This document shows positions 25,427 to 34,350 of a stretch of 64,000 nucleotides of DNA, piece by piece. Each line of letters opens with the position of its first letter. Position 1 is the stretch's first letter. This DNA comes from Patescibacteria group bacterium. GTDB lineage: Bacteria > Patescibacteriota > Patescibacteriia > UBA1558 > GWA2-36-10. The notes beneath the pieces are model-generated. The model saw nothing but the letters and a program-made list of their open reading frames with translations, did not search any database and was not told the DNA's origin. A program made the translations under genes and the position numbers. Location: positions 5,030 through 69,029 of the forward strand of contig JBAZKN010000002.1 of the NCBI GenBank assembly GCA_041650755.1. Direction: 5' to 3'.

Positions 25427-25573
25427 ATGACTCCAGAAGGACCAATGTGCCAAGTAAAGTCTTGGAAGAGAGCTGGCTTTTATTGTAGCCCAGAAGTAGC
25501 CAGCCATGAAAATTGGGCAATTTTCAGCTTGGTAGTTTTGAGCTACTTTGTGTTAATGAGCACCATAGTATAA
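25427..25573 (+). CDS. Small single-TM peptide 2 (48 aa)
   Basis: MTPEGPMCQVKSWKRAGFYCSPEVASHENWAIFSLVVLSYFVLMSTIV. Confidence 0.3.
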   Translation: MTPEGPMCQVKSWKRAGFYCSPEVASHENWAIFSLVVLSYFVLMSTIV

Positions 25574-25586
25574 AGATTTAAAATAT

Positions 25587-25664
25587 ATGTGGTCAAAAAC
25601 ACAGCTCTTGGGCCCCCTGATATTATTATTATTTACCTGGGCCCCCTATGCTCTTTATTGTTAA
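25587..25664 (+). CDS. Small hydrophobic peptide 3 (25 aa)
   Basis: MWSKTQLLGPLILLLFTWAPYALYC. Speculative. Confidence 0.2.
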   Translation: MWSKTQLLGPLILLLFTWAPYALYC

Positions 25665-25718
25665 AAAATAAACAATATGTCACCATGATTTTTTAAGGTT
25701 CGCTCTAAGGCCTACCTG

Positions 25719-25753
25719 CCCACCCTGTACCATATGGTATGGGGTGGGTTTTG
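25719..25753 (+). terminator. Intrinsic terminator ending the small-peptide unit
   Basis: cccaccctgtaccata/tggtatggggtggg followed by tttt. Confidence 0.65.
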
Positions 25754-25813
25754 ATTAGAAAATAATCAGTATTTTTGTTATAATACCATTAGCTTAGAAA
25801 ATTAAACATTATT

Positions 25814-27550
25814 ATGGAGAACAGAAATAATTTGAGTTGGAAAATCGGTGGTGAGGCCGGTTTTGGCATAAAGTCGGCCGGCATAAGCCTTGGCAAAATT
25901 TTCATGAAAGCCGGTTATGAAGTTTTCGACTATACCGAATATCCATCTTTGATAAGGGGCGGGCACAATACTTACCAATTGATGATAGATAGTCAAAAGG
26001 TGAACGGCGTCAGTTTGGCGATAGATGTCCTGGTGGCCCTCAATCAGGAGACTATTACCAAGCATGCTGGTGAACTGGTAGACCAGGGCGTGATAATTTT
26101 TGATCACGAAAATATTGAGGCCAAAAATTTGAAATTAGACAAAAAAATAAACCTTTTGGGCGTGCCTTTGTCTGTTCTGGCAAATCAAGCTGGTGGCGAG
26201 TTGATGCGCAACGTAGTGGCTATGGGCGCCACCTTGGCTTTGGTTGGGCAGGATTTAGCGATTGCTAACCGAGTCATCAAAGACACTTTTCAGAGTAAGG
26301 GAGAGGGGGTTGTCAAAAATAATTTACAGGCGCTGTCTTTGGGTTTTGAATATGTCAAAAAGAATTACAGGCAAAAATTCATTTGTCATCTACCCACTAA
26401 GACTGATCACCATAATATCTTACTGGCTGCCAACGAAGCCATGGCCTTGGGGGCTTTGGCCGGCGGTTTAAATTTTTATGCTGGCTATCCCATGACGCCA
26501 TCTTCTTCAATTCTGCACTATTTGGCTGGTGTAGCCGAGTCAGCCAGTATAGTGGTGCGTCATGCGGAAGATGAAATATCAGTAATTAATATGGCTTTGG
26601 GGGCTGCTCATGTTGGCGCTCGGGCTATGATAGCTACTTCGGGCGGCGGTTTTGCCTTGATGGTAGAGGCTTTGGGTTTGGCTGGTATGACTGAGACTCC
26701 TCTGGTGATTATCAATGTTATGCGGCCTGGTCCAGCTACTGGTCTTCCTACCTGGACTGAGCAGGGTGATTTACAATTTGTCCTGCGGGCAGCTCAGGGA
26801 GATTTTCCCAGGATAATTTTGGCGCCTGGCGATGCAGAGGAGGCTTTTTATTTGACAGCCGAAGCCCTGAATTTAGCTGAAGTTTACCAGACGCCGGTGA
26901 TAATTTTATCGGACAAATTTATCGGTGAAGGTAATAGCACCGTGCCTAAATTTGACACCAAAAAAATTAAAATTGACAGAGGCAAATTATTGACCGAAGA
27001 GCAGCTCAAGAAGATCAAAGATTACCAGCGTTATCAGGTGACCAGTGACGGCATTTCTTCGCGCGCCTTGCCGGGCATGATAGGCGGCTTGTTTGTGGCC
27101 AATAGCGATGAGCATGATGTCTATGGCTTCGTGTCAGAAACATCGTCTGATCGCAAGCAGCAAGTAGACAAACGGCAGCGCAAATTGGAAACTATGGCCA
27201 AGAATTTGCCCGAGCCACCGGTACACGGTAATCTAAAAGGGCCAAAAACCATTGTTTTGTGGGGTTCGACCAAGGGCCCGGTTTTGGATGTATACAATTC
27301 TTTGCCGGCAGAGAAAAAAGCCGAGATCAAGATTTTGCAGCTTCAATATTTGTGGCCATTTCCGGTAGATTTTGTGGCAGAAATTTTGCGGAAGTCCAGC
27401 AAAGTTTTGTTAATAGAAAATAATAATAATGCTCAAGCCGGTCAATTAATTGCCCAAGAAACGGGGATCATTATTAAAGATAAATTATTAAAATATGATG
27501 GCCGCCCGTTTTTCAGGGAAGACTTGGTTGCGGCTTTAAATAAATTATAA
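25814..27550 (+). CDS. 2-oxoacid:ferredoxin oxidoreductase alpha subunit with fused N-terminal gamma domain
   Basis: The N-terminal 180 aa resemble the POR/KOR gamma subunit (GGEAGFGIKSAG), followed by the alpha domains. 578 aa. An extended -10 (tgttataat) lies upstream. Confidence 0.8.
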   Translation: MENRNNLSWKIGGEAGFGIKSAGISLGKIFMKAGYEVFDYTEYPSLIRGGHNTYQLMIDSQKVNGVSLAIDVLVALNQETITKHAGELVDQGVIIFDHENIEAKNLKLDKKINLLGVPLSVLANQAGGELMRNVVAMGATLALVGQDLAIANRVIKDTFQSKGEGVVKNNLQALSLGFEYVKKNYRQKFICHLPTKTDHHNILLAANEAMALGALAGGLNFYAGYPMTPSSSILHYLAGVAESASIVVRHAEDEISVINMALGAAHVGARAMIATSGGGFALMVEALGLAGMTETPLVIINVMRPGPATGLPTWTEQGDLQFVLRAAQGDFPRIILAPGDAEEAFYLTAEALNLAEVYQTPVIILSDKFIGEGNSTVPKFDTKKIKIDRGKLLTEEQLKKIKDYQRYQVTSDGISSRALPGMIGGLFVANSDEHDVYGFVSETSSDRKQQVDKRQRKLETMAKNLPEPPVHGNLKGPKTIVLWGSTKGPVLDVYNSLPAEKKAEIKILQLQYLWPFPVDFVAEILRKSSKVLLIENNNNAQAGQLIAQETGIIIKDKLLKYDGRPFFREDLVAALNKL

Positions 27551-27554
27551 AAAT

Positions 27555-28415
27555 ATGTTGACCGAAAAAGATTTTTTGACCCCAAATCGTCCGACTTGGT
27601 GCCCGGGCTGCGGTAATTATGCGATTTGGCTAGCACTGCGTCAGGCTCTGGCTGAACTAAATTTAGCCCCACACAATGTTTTGTTGGTTTTTGGCATTGG
27701 CTGTTCTGGCAATGGCTATAATTTTACTAAAGCTTATGCTTGGCACTCTTTGCATGGTCGCAGCGTGCCCACGGCCGTAGGCGCAAAACTGGCTAATAAA
27801 GATTTGACCGTGATTGCGCTGGCTGGCGACGGTGATGGCTATGGCGAGGGTTTAAATCATTTATTGCAAGCTATCCGCGGCAATGTTGATATTACTTATA
27901 TTGTGCATGATAACAAAGTTTATGGCCTGACTACCGGCCAAGCTTCGCCGACTTCAGATCAGGGCTTTGAGACAAAGTCTTCACCTCAAGGTACGACCGA
28001 CGAGGCCCTCAATCCTATTGCTCTATCTTTGGCTGGCGGCGCTAGCTTTGTAGCCAGAGGATTTTCCGGCCAAGCCCAGCATTTAAAAGAACTATTTAAA
28101 GCGGCTATTACTCACAAAGGTTTTTCTTTGGTTGATGTTTTCCAGCCCTGCGTGACTTTTAATAAGGTAAATACTTTTAAATGGTTTTTTGATCGATTAT
28201 ACAATTTGGATACGCAAGCCGCTTATGATAAGAAAAATTTAGGCAGCGCTCTAGAACAAAGCCTGATTTGGGGGGATAAAATTCCTTACGGCATTTTTTA
28301 TCAGAAAGATAAAAGAGAATTGACTGCTAGTCTACCGGTTTTATCTGGTGCAGCTTTAGCCAAGCGCCCGATGAATATACGAAATTTAGATAAGTGGCTG
28401 GCTGAATTTAGCTAA
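27555..28415 (+). CDS. 2-oxoacid:ferredoxin oxidoreductase beta subunit (TPP-binding)
   Basis: CPGCGNYAIW and GDGDGYGEG TPP motifs. Confidence 0.85.
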   Translation: MLTEKDFLTPNRPTWCPGCGNYAIWLALRQALAELNLAPHNVLLVFGIGCSGNGYNFTKAYAWHSLHGRSVPTAVGAKLANKDLTVIALAGDGDGYGEGLNHLLQAIRGNVDITYIVHDNKVYGLTTGQASPTSDQGFETKSSPQGTTDEALNPIALSLAGGASFVARGFSGQAQHLKELFKAAITHKGFSLVDVFQPCVTFNKVNTFKWFFDRLYNLDTQAAYDKKNLGSALEQSLIWGDKIPYGIFYQKDKRELTASLPVLSGAALAKRPMNIRNLDKWLAEFS

Positions 28416-28416
28416 T

Positions 28417-29223
28417 ATGAAAAATATTTTTTTTAGTAGACAGAACGGTGGGTTTTCTCTGGCAGAAATAGTGATAGTAGTGGCTATTTTGGCGATTTTG
28501 GGAGCAGTTATATTTTATTGGGTTGATCCAGCTGCCAAAGTGGGTACTGCTAGAGATAAAAAGCGCCAGCATGATGTTTTGGTGATTAGTGGCGCATTGT
28601 CTGATTATGTGCAGAAACATAAAGGAGCTCTGCCAGTTTTGGGCGCAGTGACCACCAATAAAAAAGTGCTTTGCTCCAGCCAAAGCGGCAGCAATCTGAC
28701 TTGCGATGGTACCTCACAGCTTTGTTTAGTAGTTGATGACCAAAACTTTTATGATAAATATTTGTCGGCCTTGCCGGTAGATCCGGAAAAAACCGATACC
28801 ACTGATACAGGGTATTATCTCCAGAAAGATTCAGATGGAAATTTGGTGGTTGGCGCTTGTACTTATACTGATTCAGCTATCAGCACCAAGCCGGGCATCA
28901 GGGTCAGCTGCACAGCTTATGCCGGCGGTCACTGCTGGTATGCGGGCATAGCTGGGCAGACTTGTGATACGGTTTGTGCTGCTCAAAGCCTGGTTTGTTC
29001 CTCGGGTGCGACCTATGGTCCCGATGTTTATACCGGCAATCATCCATTCTGCGTTTTAAATAAAGCCTTGGGGGCTACCTGCGGCACCAATTGTCAGGCT
29101 GGCACCAGTGATTACCCGCCTTCTTATACCAGTGACGGCTTGAGTTGTTGGACGCAAAGCAGTGCTATTGCCTGCGATAGTATTCGCGATGCGGGCGACA
29201 TCAACGCTTGCCCGTGCGAATAA
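28417..29223 (+). CDS. Type IV pilin/pseudopilin with prepilin N-terminal methylation motif and Cys-rich C-terminal domain
   Basis: GFSLAEIVIVVAILAILG class III signal. About 20 Cys in the C-terminal 150 aa. Confidence 0.75.
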   Translation: MKNIFFSRQNGGFSLAEIVIVVAILAILGAVIFYWVDPAAKVGTARDKKRQHDVLVISGALSDYVQKHKGALPVLGAVTTNKKVLCSSQSGSNLTCDGTSQLCLVVDDQNFYDKYLSALPVDPEKTDTTDTGYYLQKDSDGNLVVGACTYTDSAISTKPGIRVSCTAYAGGHCWYAGIAGQTCDTVCAAQSLVCSSGATYGPDVYTGNHPFCVLNKALGATCGTNCQAGTSDYPPSYTSDGLSCWTQSSAIACDSIRDAGDINACPCE

Positions 29224-29234
29224 TTTTAGAGTAA

Positions 29235-29262
29235 AACTTCAAGCCAAACTTGAAGTTTTTTG
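29235..29262 (+). terminator. Intrinsic terminator after the pilin gene
   Basis: aacttcaag ccaa acttgaagtt tttt. Confidence 0.7.
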
Positions 29263-29309
29263 TTGTATTTTTTTGTGTTATAATAAAGCCATTATTTGAT
29301 TAAAATCTT

Positions 29310-31970
29310 ATGTTTTGGAAAAAAGTTTATCATCACGCCAGTTTTATATTTTTAGCTATTTTGCTTTTTGCCCAATGCTTGGTTTTGGTGGCCACTCAAG
29401 CCCGGCCAAAAGCCAGCTATGATTTGGCGGCTATTTTTATTGAGCCAATGCCTTATACCAGCTTGGCAATCGGCGATTCCGTCAGTCTACAGGCCAGATT
29501 ATCCAGTAAAGCGGCTAACAATTTTTCTTCGGTATATTTTATTGTTGCCAATGCTGATAAAAACATTAGTTTAAATTTTGAAGCAAGTAAGCAAGTTGAT
29601 GGCTCGTGGCTGGCTGACAGCACCTGGCAGACCACTGATTGGCCCGGAGCGATTTATCAAATTTCAGTCACAGCCAACATCACAGATGCCAATGGTCAGC
29701 TGATTGATAGCTTGAATTCTGCTCCGCAACTTGTTCAACTGGTGGATATGGGTACTGGAGAAAGTGTTTTGCCAGCAAAAACCAGTAGCGTTTCGACTAG
29801 CACCCAGGCAGCCGCTGATGAGTCCATGCCCCTCCCCACAAAGACAAACCAAACTACTTCTACGCCGCCGGATACTAGTTCGGATAATAGCCCCTCTAGT
29901 GATGCCAGCACACCGACCAGCACCAGTCCCACCAGTACTACCACCCCCAGTGATTCAGATAAAAACATAATTTTATTATCGCCGGCTAGCGGTAGTATTA
30001 TTAGTGATTCACAACTATCGGTGAAACTAACCACTAATTTTGAGGCTGACGTCGTCAGTGTGGAATTAATAAATACAAATAATGCAGCTATCAGTACCGG
30101 TAGTATAGATATAAATAAGGTGGATGGTTTGAGTTGGGACAAAACTCTCACCTTGGGCAACACTTTTATAGATGGCGACTATAAACTATTGGTATCGGCC
30201 GATCCAAAAGATGATATGGCAAGCATTGAAAAGGCGTTTGATTTTATGTTGGCTCTGACTGGCGCTGATACTGAAAATCAAGATTTAGCAATATCTTTGC
30301 TTAATATTGGTTCTAATTTATCTGGTTCAGTGACTTTGAGGGCTATGGCGACGGCTAATGCCAATAGCGCGGGATTTTTAATCACAAATTCTTTGACTGA
30401 TGCGGAAGTTTTACTGGCAGCTGGAGTCCGCAAGGCAAGTACTGCTAGTACAAGCAGTGAATATTTATATATTTGGGACACGAAAACCGCAGCTAATGGT
30501 AATTATTTTATCCAAGCTCTAGCCTATGCTGGCGGGAACACAGTCAAAAGCGAGAAAAAATTGATCAGTGTTTTTAATGAAACCACCGGCAATGAAGAAA
30601 TTGTCAGCTCCACCCAAGAAATAGAAGGCGAACCTACCGATATTCCAACCCCAGAGGAGCCAATTTCAGAACCGAGTGATAGTGGGCTAGATTGCGCAAA
30701 GTCAGGCATCGCCGATCAAATAGCCTGTGCTAAATTTATGGCTGAGTTGAGTGGAGTTTTCCCCAGTGCCTGCCTTAAGGCTGGCGTGTATGATGCTGAA
30801 GCCTGTGAACAATTTTTGAACCAAAGCCTTTCAGTAGAATGCCAGGAGCAGGGCATTACTGACGCTGAAAAGTGCAAGGATTATTTGATGCAAAAATATG
30901 CCAGCCAAGTAGTTTGTCAGCTGACAGCTACTAGCACTTGTGCTGATTTATTACGCGACGATTATTTGAATCGCCTAGCAGCCATTATCAAACAGCGAGA
31001 TTTTTTATCAAGCGCTACCGCGGCAGTATTAAATCAGACTTTATCAGTCACCGACCTTAATCAAAAATTAAAGGAAAGCGGCTTGTCAGAAGATCTGTCT
31101 ACTTTAGCCACCCCAGAATTGAAGGTTATGGTAGTCAAGGCTCAGGCAGAGACGATTTTGGCTGCAGATGATAAACTCGAAATTACGCCACCGGCCATTC
31201 TTTTGCCGGATAACGACAGTGATATGCTACCTAATGATTTGGAAAAATATTATGGCACTGATTTGAATAATGCTGACACTGACAATGATGGCTACAAAGA
31301 TGGAGAGGAAGTCAAAAATGCCTATAACCCCTTAGGCCAAGGCAAATTAGCTACTGTTAGGACAGTTTTAGACCAAATTATTTTAAGCAACTTGAGCCTA
31401 GAACAACCAAAAAGCTCTTCTGGACTGCTTTTGGATACCAACTGGCAAGTGATGGCGGCCGATTCTCAAAATGGCAACTTGGCTTTGAGCGGTCAAGCTG
31501 ATCCCGAAACTTGGGTCAATATTTATTTATATAGCGGCTTGCCCATATTGTTGACAACTAGAACTGATGCTAGCGGCAAGTGGACTTATGATTTGCCGGC
31601 TAATTTGAGTGAGGGTGTGCACCAAGCTTATGTAGCCATTAATGATGCTAGCGGCAAGATCATTAAGCAATCAGCCGCTTTGATATTTTCTGTGACAAAT
31701 TTATCCGCCCCAGCAGCCAGCGCCCAAGTCACTTTTACGGATGAATCTCCCGTCAAACCTAGTTTTCAATTTGTTTGGTGGTATTTTATTTTAGCCGGTG
31801 TAGCGGTCTTGATCGTGGCCTTAGTTATTATTTCGGTAGCTCGCCATCGTCGCCAAGAAGCGTTCCTATCGAGTAGTCAGCCTATCGCCGGAGCAGTTGA
31901 TAGCCGGGTCAATACCCAGACCATGCCCAGTACGCCTCCTAGTGATACGCCAACCGGTTTTCCTCAATAG
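29310..31970 (+). CDS. Large secreted/cell-surface protein (886 aa) with Ser/Thr-rich linker, thrombospondin-type-3-like Ca-binding motif and C-terminal TM anchor
   Basis: Signal peptide. STSTQAAADESMPLPTKTNQTTSTPPDTSSDNSPSSDASTPTSTSPTSTTTP linker. DNDGYKDGEE motif. TM segment FQFVWWYFILAGVAVLIVALVII near the C-terminus. Confidence 0.7.
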   Translation: MFWKKVYHHASFIFLAILLFAQCLVLVATQARPKASYDLAAIFIEPMPYTSLAIGDSVSLQARLSSKAANNFSSVYFIVANADKNISLNFEASKQVDGSWLADSTWQTTDWPGAIYQISVTANITDANGQLIDSLNSAPQLVQLVDMGTGESVLPAKTSSVSTSTQAAADESMPLPTKTNQTTSTPPDTSSDNSPSSDASTPTSTSPTSTTTPSDSDKNIILLSPASGSIISDSQLSVKLTTNFEADVVSVELINTNNAAISTGSIDINKVDGLSWDKTLTLGNTFIDGDYKLLVSADPKDDMASIEKAFDFMLALTGADTENQDLAISLLNIGSNLSGSVTLRAMATANANSAGFLITNSLTDAEVLLAAGVRKASTASTSSEYLYIWDTKTAANGNYFIQALAYAGGNTVKSEKKLISVFNETTGNEEIVSSTQEIEGEPTDIPTPEEPISEPSDSGLDCAKSGIADQIACAKFMAELSGVFPSACLKAGVYDAEACEQFLNQSLSVECQEQGITDAEKCKDYLMQKYASQVVCQLTATSTCADLLRDDYLNRLAAIIKQRDFLSSATAAVLNQTLSVTDLNQKLKESGLSEDLSTLATPELKVMVVKAQAETILAADDKLEITPPAILLPDNDSDMLPNDLEKYYGTDLNNADTDNDGYKDGEEVKNAYNPLGQGKLATVRTVLDQIILSNLSLEQPKSSSGLLLDTNWQVMAADSQNGNLALSGQADPETWVNIYLYSGLPILLTTRTDASGKWTYDLPANLSEGVHQAYVAINDASGKIIKQSAALIFSVTNLSAPAASAQVTFTDESPVKPSFQFVWWYFILAGVAVLIVALVIISVARHRRQEAFLSSSQPIAGAVDSRVNTQTMPSTPPSDTPTGFPQ

Positions 31971-31974
31971 ATTT

Positions 31975-32009
31975 TAAAAAAGCCCCGCATTATTTGGTGG
32001 GGCTTTTTA
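31975..32009. terminator. Bidirectional terminator between the surface-protein gene and rpe
   Basis: aaaaaagccccgc attatttggt ggggcttttt. Confidence 0.65.
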
Positions 32010-32643
32010 TTTTACGTAAAGCTTTTCTAATATCTGGGGCAGTCTGCAGATACTTACCTATGACGGCCATATCGGCGCCGGCATTTTTTATGCGCAGAAA
32101 ATTTTTGTCACTGATGCCGCCATCAACGGAGATTTTTTGCCGGGGGAATTTTTTTCTCAATTTTTTTATTTTCAAAATAGCCTTAGCGTGGAAGGCGCGG
32201 CCTTGGGCGCCGGATTTTATGCTCATCAGTTGAATGGTGTCAAAATACTTGGCTATTTTGGCGATTTTTTCTACCGGAGTGGTCAAATTTAGGCAAAGAC
32301 CGGTCTTTATTTTTTTCTTTTTTAGATAATCATTGAGGCAGAGGATGACGGCCAGATTTTTCTTAGCTTCGTAGTGCCAGATTATTTTTTTGACATTAGA
32401 TAATTTTTCCCAGAGATTTATATACTTAGCCACATCTCTGACCATGAGATGTATTTCTAGTTGATGCTGGCGGGTGATTTTTTTGACTGTAGCGGGGCGG
32501 AATTTAGTCTGGCCGCTGACAAATTTGCCATCCATGATGTCTAGTTGGATATAAGAAAAAAAAGGAGCAACTTTGCGCCATTGTCGGTAAAATTCTCTTT
32601 TGTTTTTGGCAAGGATTGCCGGAACAATTTTTATTTGCCTCAT
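31990..32643 (-). CDS. rpe: Ribulose-phosphate 3-epimerase
   Basis: PAILAKN ... LDIMDGKFV ... HLMV ... DGGI motifs. Confidence 0.8.
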   Translation of the reverse strand: MRQIKIVPAILAKNKREFYRQWRKVAPFFSYIQLDIMDGKFVSGQTKFRPATVKKITRQHQLEIHLMVRDVAKYINLWEKLSNVKKIIWHYEAKKNLAVILCLNDYLKKKKIKTGLCLNLTTPVEKIAKIAKYFDTIQLMSIKSGAQGRAFHAKAILKIKKLRKKFPRQKISVDGGISDKNFLRIKNAGADMAVIGKYLQTAPDIRKALRKIKSPTK

Positions 32644-33083
32644 CCGATTTTTTTTATGCGTCGGGCATGCCTTTCTTCTCCGGGAAAATCTGTTTTAAGA
32701 AAAGTCTCGACTAAGTGTACGCCTTGAGTAGTACTTAAGAAGCGGCCGGCCAAACAGAGGACATTGCTGTCGTTGTGCTCGCGTCCGACCATGACAGCGC
32801 TGACCGAGTAGCCTAAGATAGCCCGGACTTTTTTGAAGCGATTGGCGGCAATGCACATGCCGTGCCCGCTGCCGCAGATCAGTATGCCGAAATTTTTTGG
32901 CTGGCGGCTGATGGTCTGGGCAACCTTTTTGGCAAAATCAGGATAATCATCATCTGACGTTAGCGTGTCAGCGCCAAAGTCCACATAATTGATTTTGGTT
33001 TCAGATAAATATTGTTTGATAGCATTTTTCAAGCGCAAGCCAGCATGATCGGCCCCCAGATAAACTTTAAATTCTTTTTCCAT
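32640..33083 (-). CDS. rpiB: Ribose-5-phosphate isomerase B
   Basis: GADHAG and GILICGSGHGMCIAANRF motifs. Start at MEKEFKV (33083). Overlaps the rpe start by 4 nt. Confidence 0.8.
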   Translation of the reverse strand: MEKEFKVYLGADHAGLRLKNAIKQYLSETKINYVDFGADTLTSDDDYPDFAKKVAQTISRQPKNFGILICGSGHGMCIAANRFKKVRAILGYSVSAVMVGREHNDSNVLCLAGRFLSTTQGVHLVETFLKTDFPGEERHARRIKKIG

Positions 33084-33213
33084 AAGAATATTTTTACTTT
33101 TGTTTATATGGTTAAACTTTAGCATACTTTGGATTTTTTTACCATTGACGTAATGGCTGTTTATTGTTATACTTGGCTGTGTTTATTTGAAAAAATGGAC
33201 ATTTTACATATTA

Positions 33214-33250
33214 GCCCCGGTAGTTCAATGGATAGGAACATTAAGATATA
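33214..33250 (+). pseudogene. tRNA 5'-half fragment (acceptor and D arm only)
   Basis: GCCCCGGTAGTTCAATGGATAGGAACATTAAG parallels the 5' half of the adjacent tRNA-Arg(TCT), then diverges. No matching 3' half is found. Confidence 0.45.
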
Positions 33251-33325
33251 AGTGCCTTCCCCCGCAAAATGTATGAGCGAAGCGAATACTATTTTGCGCG
33301 GTCCCGCAACACGAAATTTTTTTAA

Positions 33326-33400
33326 GCCCCTATAGTTCAACGGATAGAACAGCGGCCTTCTAAGCCGTCGATGTAGGTTCGATTCCTACTGGGGGCACCA
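33326..33400 (+). tRNA. tRNA-Arg (anticodon TCT)
   Basis: GCCCCTATAGTTCAACGGATAGAACAGCGGCCTTCTAAGCCGTCGATGTAGGTTCGATTCCTACTGGGGGCACCA. Confidence 0.85.
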
Positions 33401-33514
33401 CCGATAGTTTTTGCGGGACTCCGCCAGTTGGCGGACTCGCAGAGAGAGTAAACCCCTGTGGTAATAGTAGTTATGCACCTTTACATTTTTTACCACAGAT
33501 GTTAATATATCCCC

Positions 33515-33958
33515 ATGACATGGGAATATATAGCAGGTTTTTTTGATGGCGAAGGATCCATAGTTTACAATGGTAGTGGTTTTAGATTAACAATCGCCCA
33601 AACGAACCTTACGGTGTTAGATAGTATAAGTAGGTTTACAAAAATTGGTCAGGTTATAAAGGTCACCAAACGTCAGGTTCACTGGAAAGATAGTTGGGTA
33701 TATTATATAAGCAAACAGGAAGACATTTTATTTTTTGTGAGACATATCCAAAATTTTTCAATAGTTAAAAAACAAAAAATAAATATAGTATTGCCGAGGC
33801 TCATAAAAGCAGTTTCCAATAATAGAGATAGGATTTTAAAGAGACAACTATTGACTAAATCAGCTAAAGCTCTGAGAAAAAATGGTTTAAGTTATAGAGA
33901 AATAGGCAAGAGATTAAATATGGATTTTGGACAAGCGCGTCGTTTGATAAAAAGATAA
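33515..33958 (+). CDS. Free-standing LAGLIDADG homing endonuclease with C-terminal HTH
   Basis: MTWEYIAGFFDGEGSIVYNGSGFRL: single LAGLIDADG motif (IAGFFDGEGS). C-terminal GLSYREIGKRLNMDFGQARRLIKR. 147 aa. No flanking intron or intein context found. Confidence 0.7.
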   Translation: MTWEYIAGFFDGEGSIVYNGSGFRLTIAQTNLTVLDSISRFTKIGQVIKVTKRQVHWKDSWVYYISKQEDILFFVRHIQNFSIVKKQKINIVLPRLIKAVSNNRDRILKRQLLTKSAKALRKNGLSYREIGKRLNMDFGQARRLIKR

Positions 33959-33970
33959 GATTATTTACAT

Positions 33971-34048
33971 GGTGGCAGTAGCTCAGTTGGTTAGAGCATC
34001 GGGTTGTGGTCCCGGCGGTCGTGGGTTCGAGACCCATCTGCCACCCCA
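33971..34048 (+). tRNA. tRNA-His (anticodon GTG) with encoded G-1 and CCA
   Basis: G-GTGGCAGTAGCTCAGTTGGTTAGAGCATCGGGTTGTGGTCCCGGCGGTCGTGGGTTCGAGACCCATCTGCCAC-C-CCA. Confidence 0.85.
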
Positions 34049-34086
34049 TCGAAGATCCTGAGCGAACGTAGTGAGTCGAAGGATCA
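34043..34086 (+). repeat. 44-bp direct repeat, left copy (overlaps the last 6 nt of tRNA-His); attL-like
   Basis: accccatcgaagatcctgagcgaacgtagtgagtcgaaggatca, identical to 35761-35804. Each copy is followed by a similar hairpin plus T-run. Confidence 0.85.
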
Positions 34087-34350
34087 AAAAACACCCAATT
34101 TTCTTTGAGTGTTTTTTGTTCGTTATAATTTGACTAAATATATAATAATTGCTATAGTATCTTGTTGTTTTTCATATATTTCGTAGTCTGCTTTTTGTTT
34201 ATTTATATGAGTAAAAAGCAGGCTAAGAAAACGCTTAGTCTTTGTTCCGTTAAATAATTTTTTGTGTACGAAGGGGGGTGAACCAGACCGTTGTTCTGTC
34301 GGCAATCTCGTGTGCTAGGGTTCTGGATTCATTCAAGGAGGTATGGGAGG

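Noticed and set aside
33126-34050. Group I intron housing the LAGLIDADG gene inside a tRNA
   Set aside because: Both neighbouring tRNAs (Arg-TCT, His-GTG) fold intact without an insertion, and the tRNA 5'-half fragment has no matching 3' half. An intron is not demonstrable by eye. Left as something to test.
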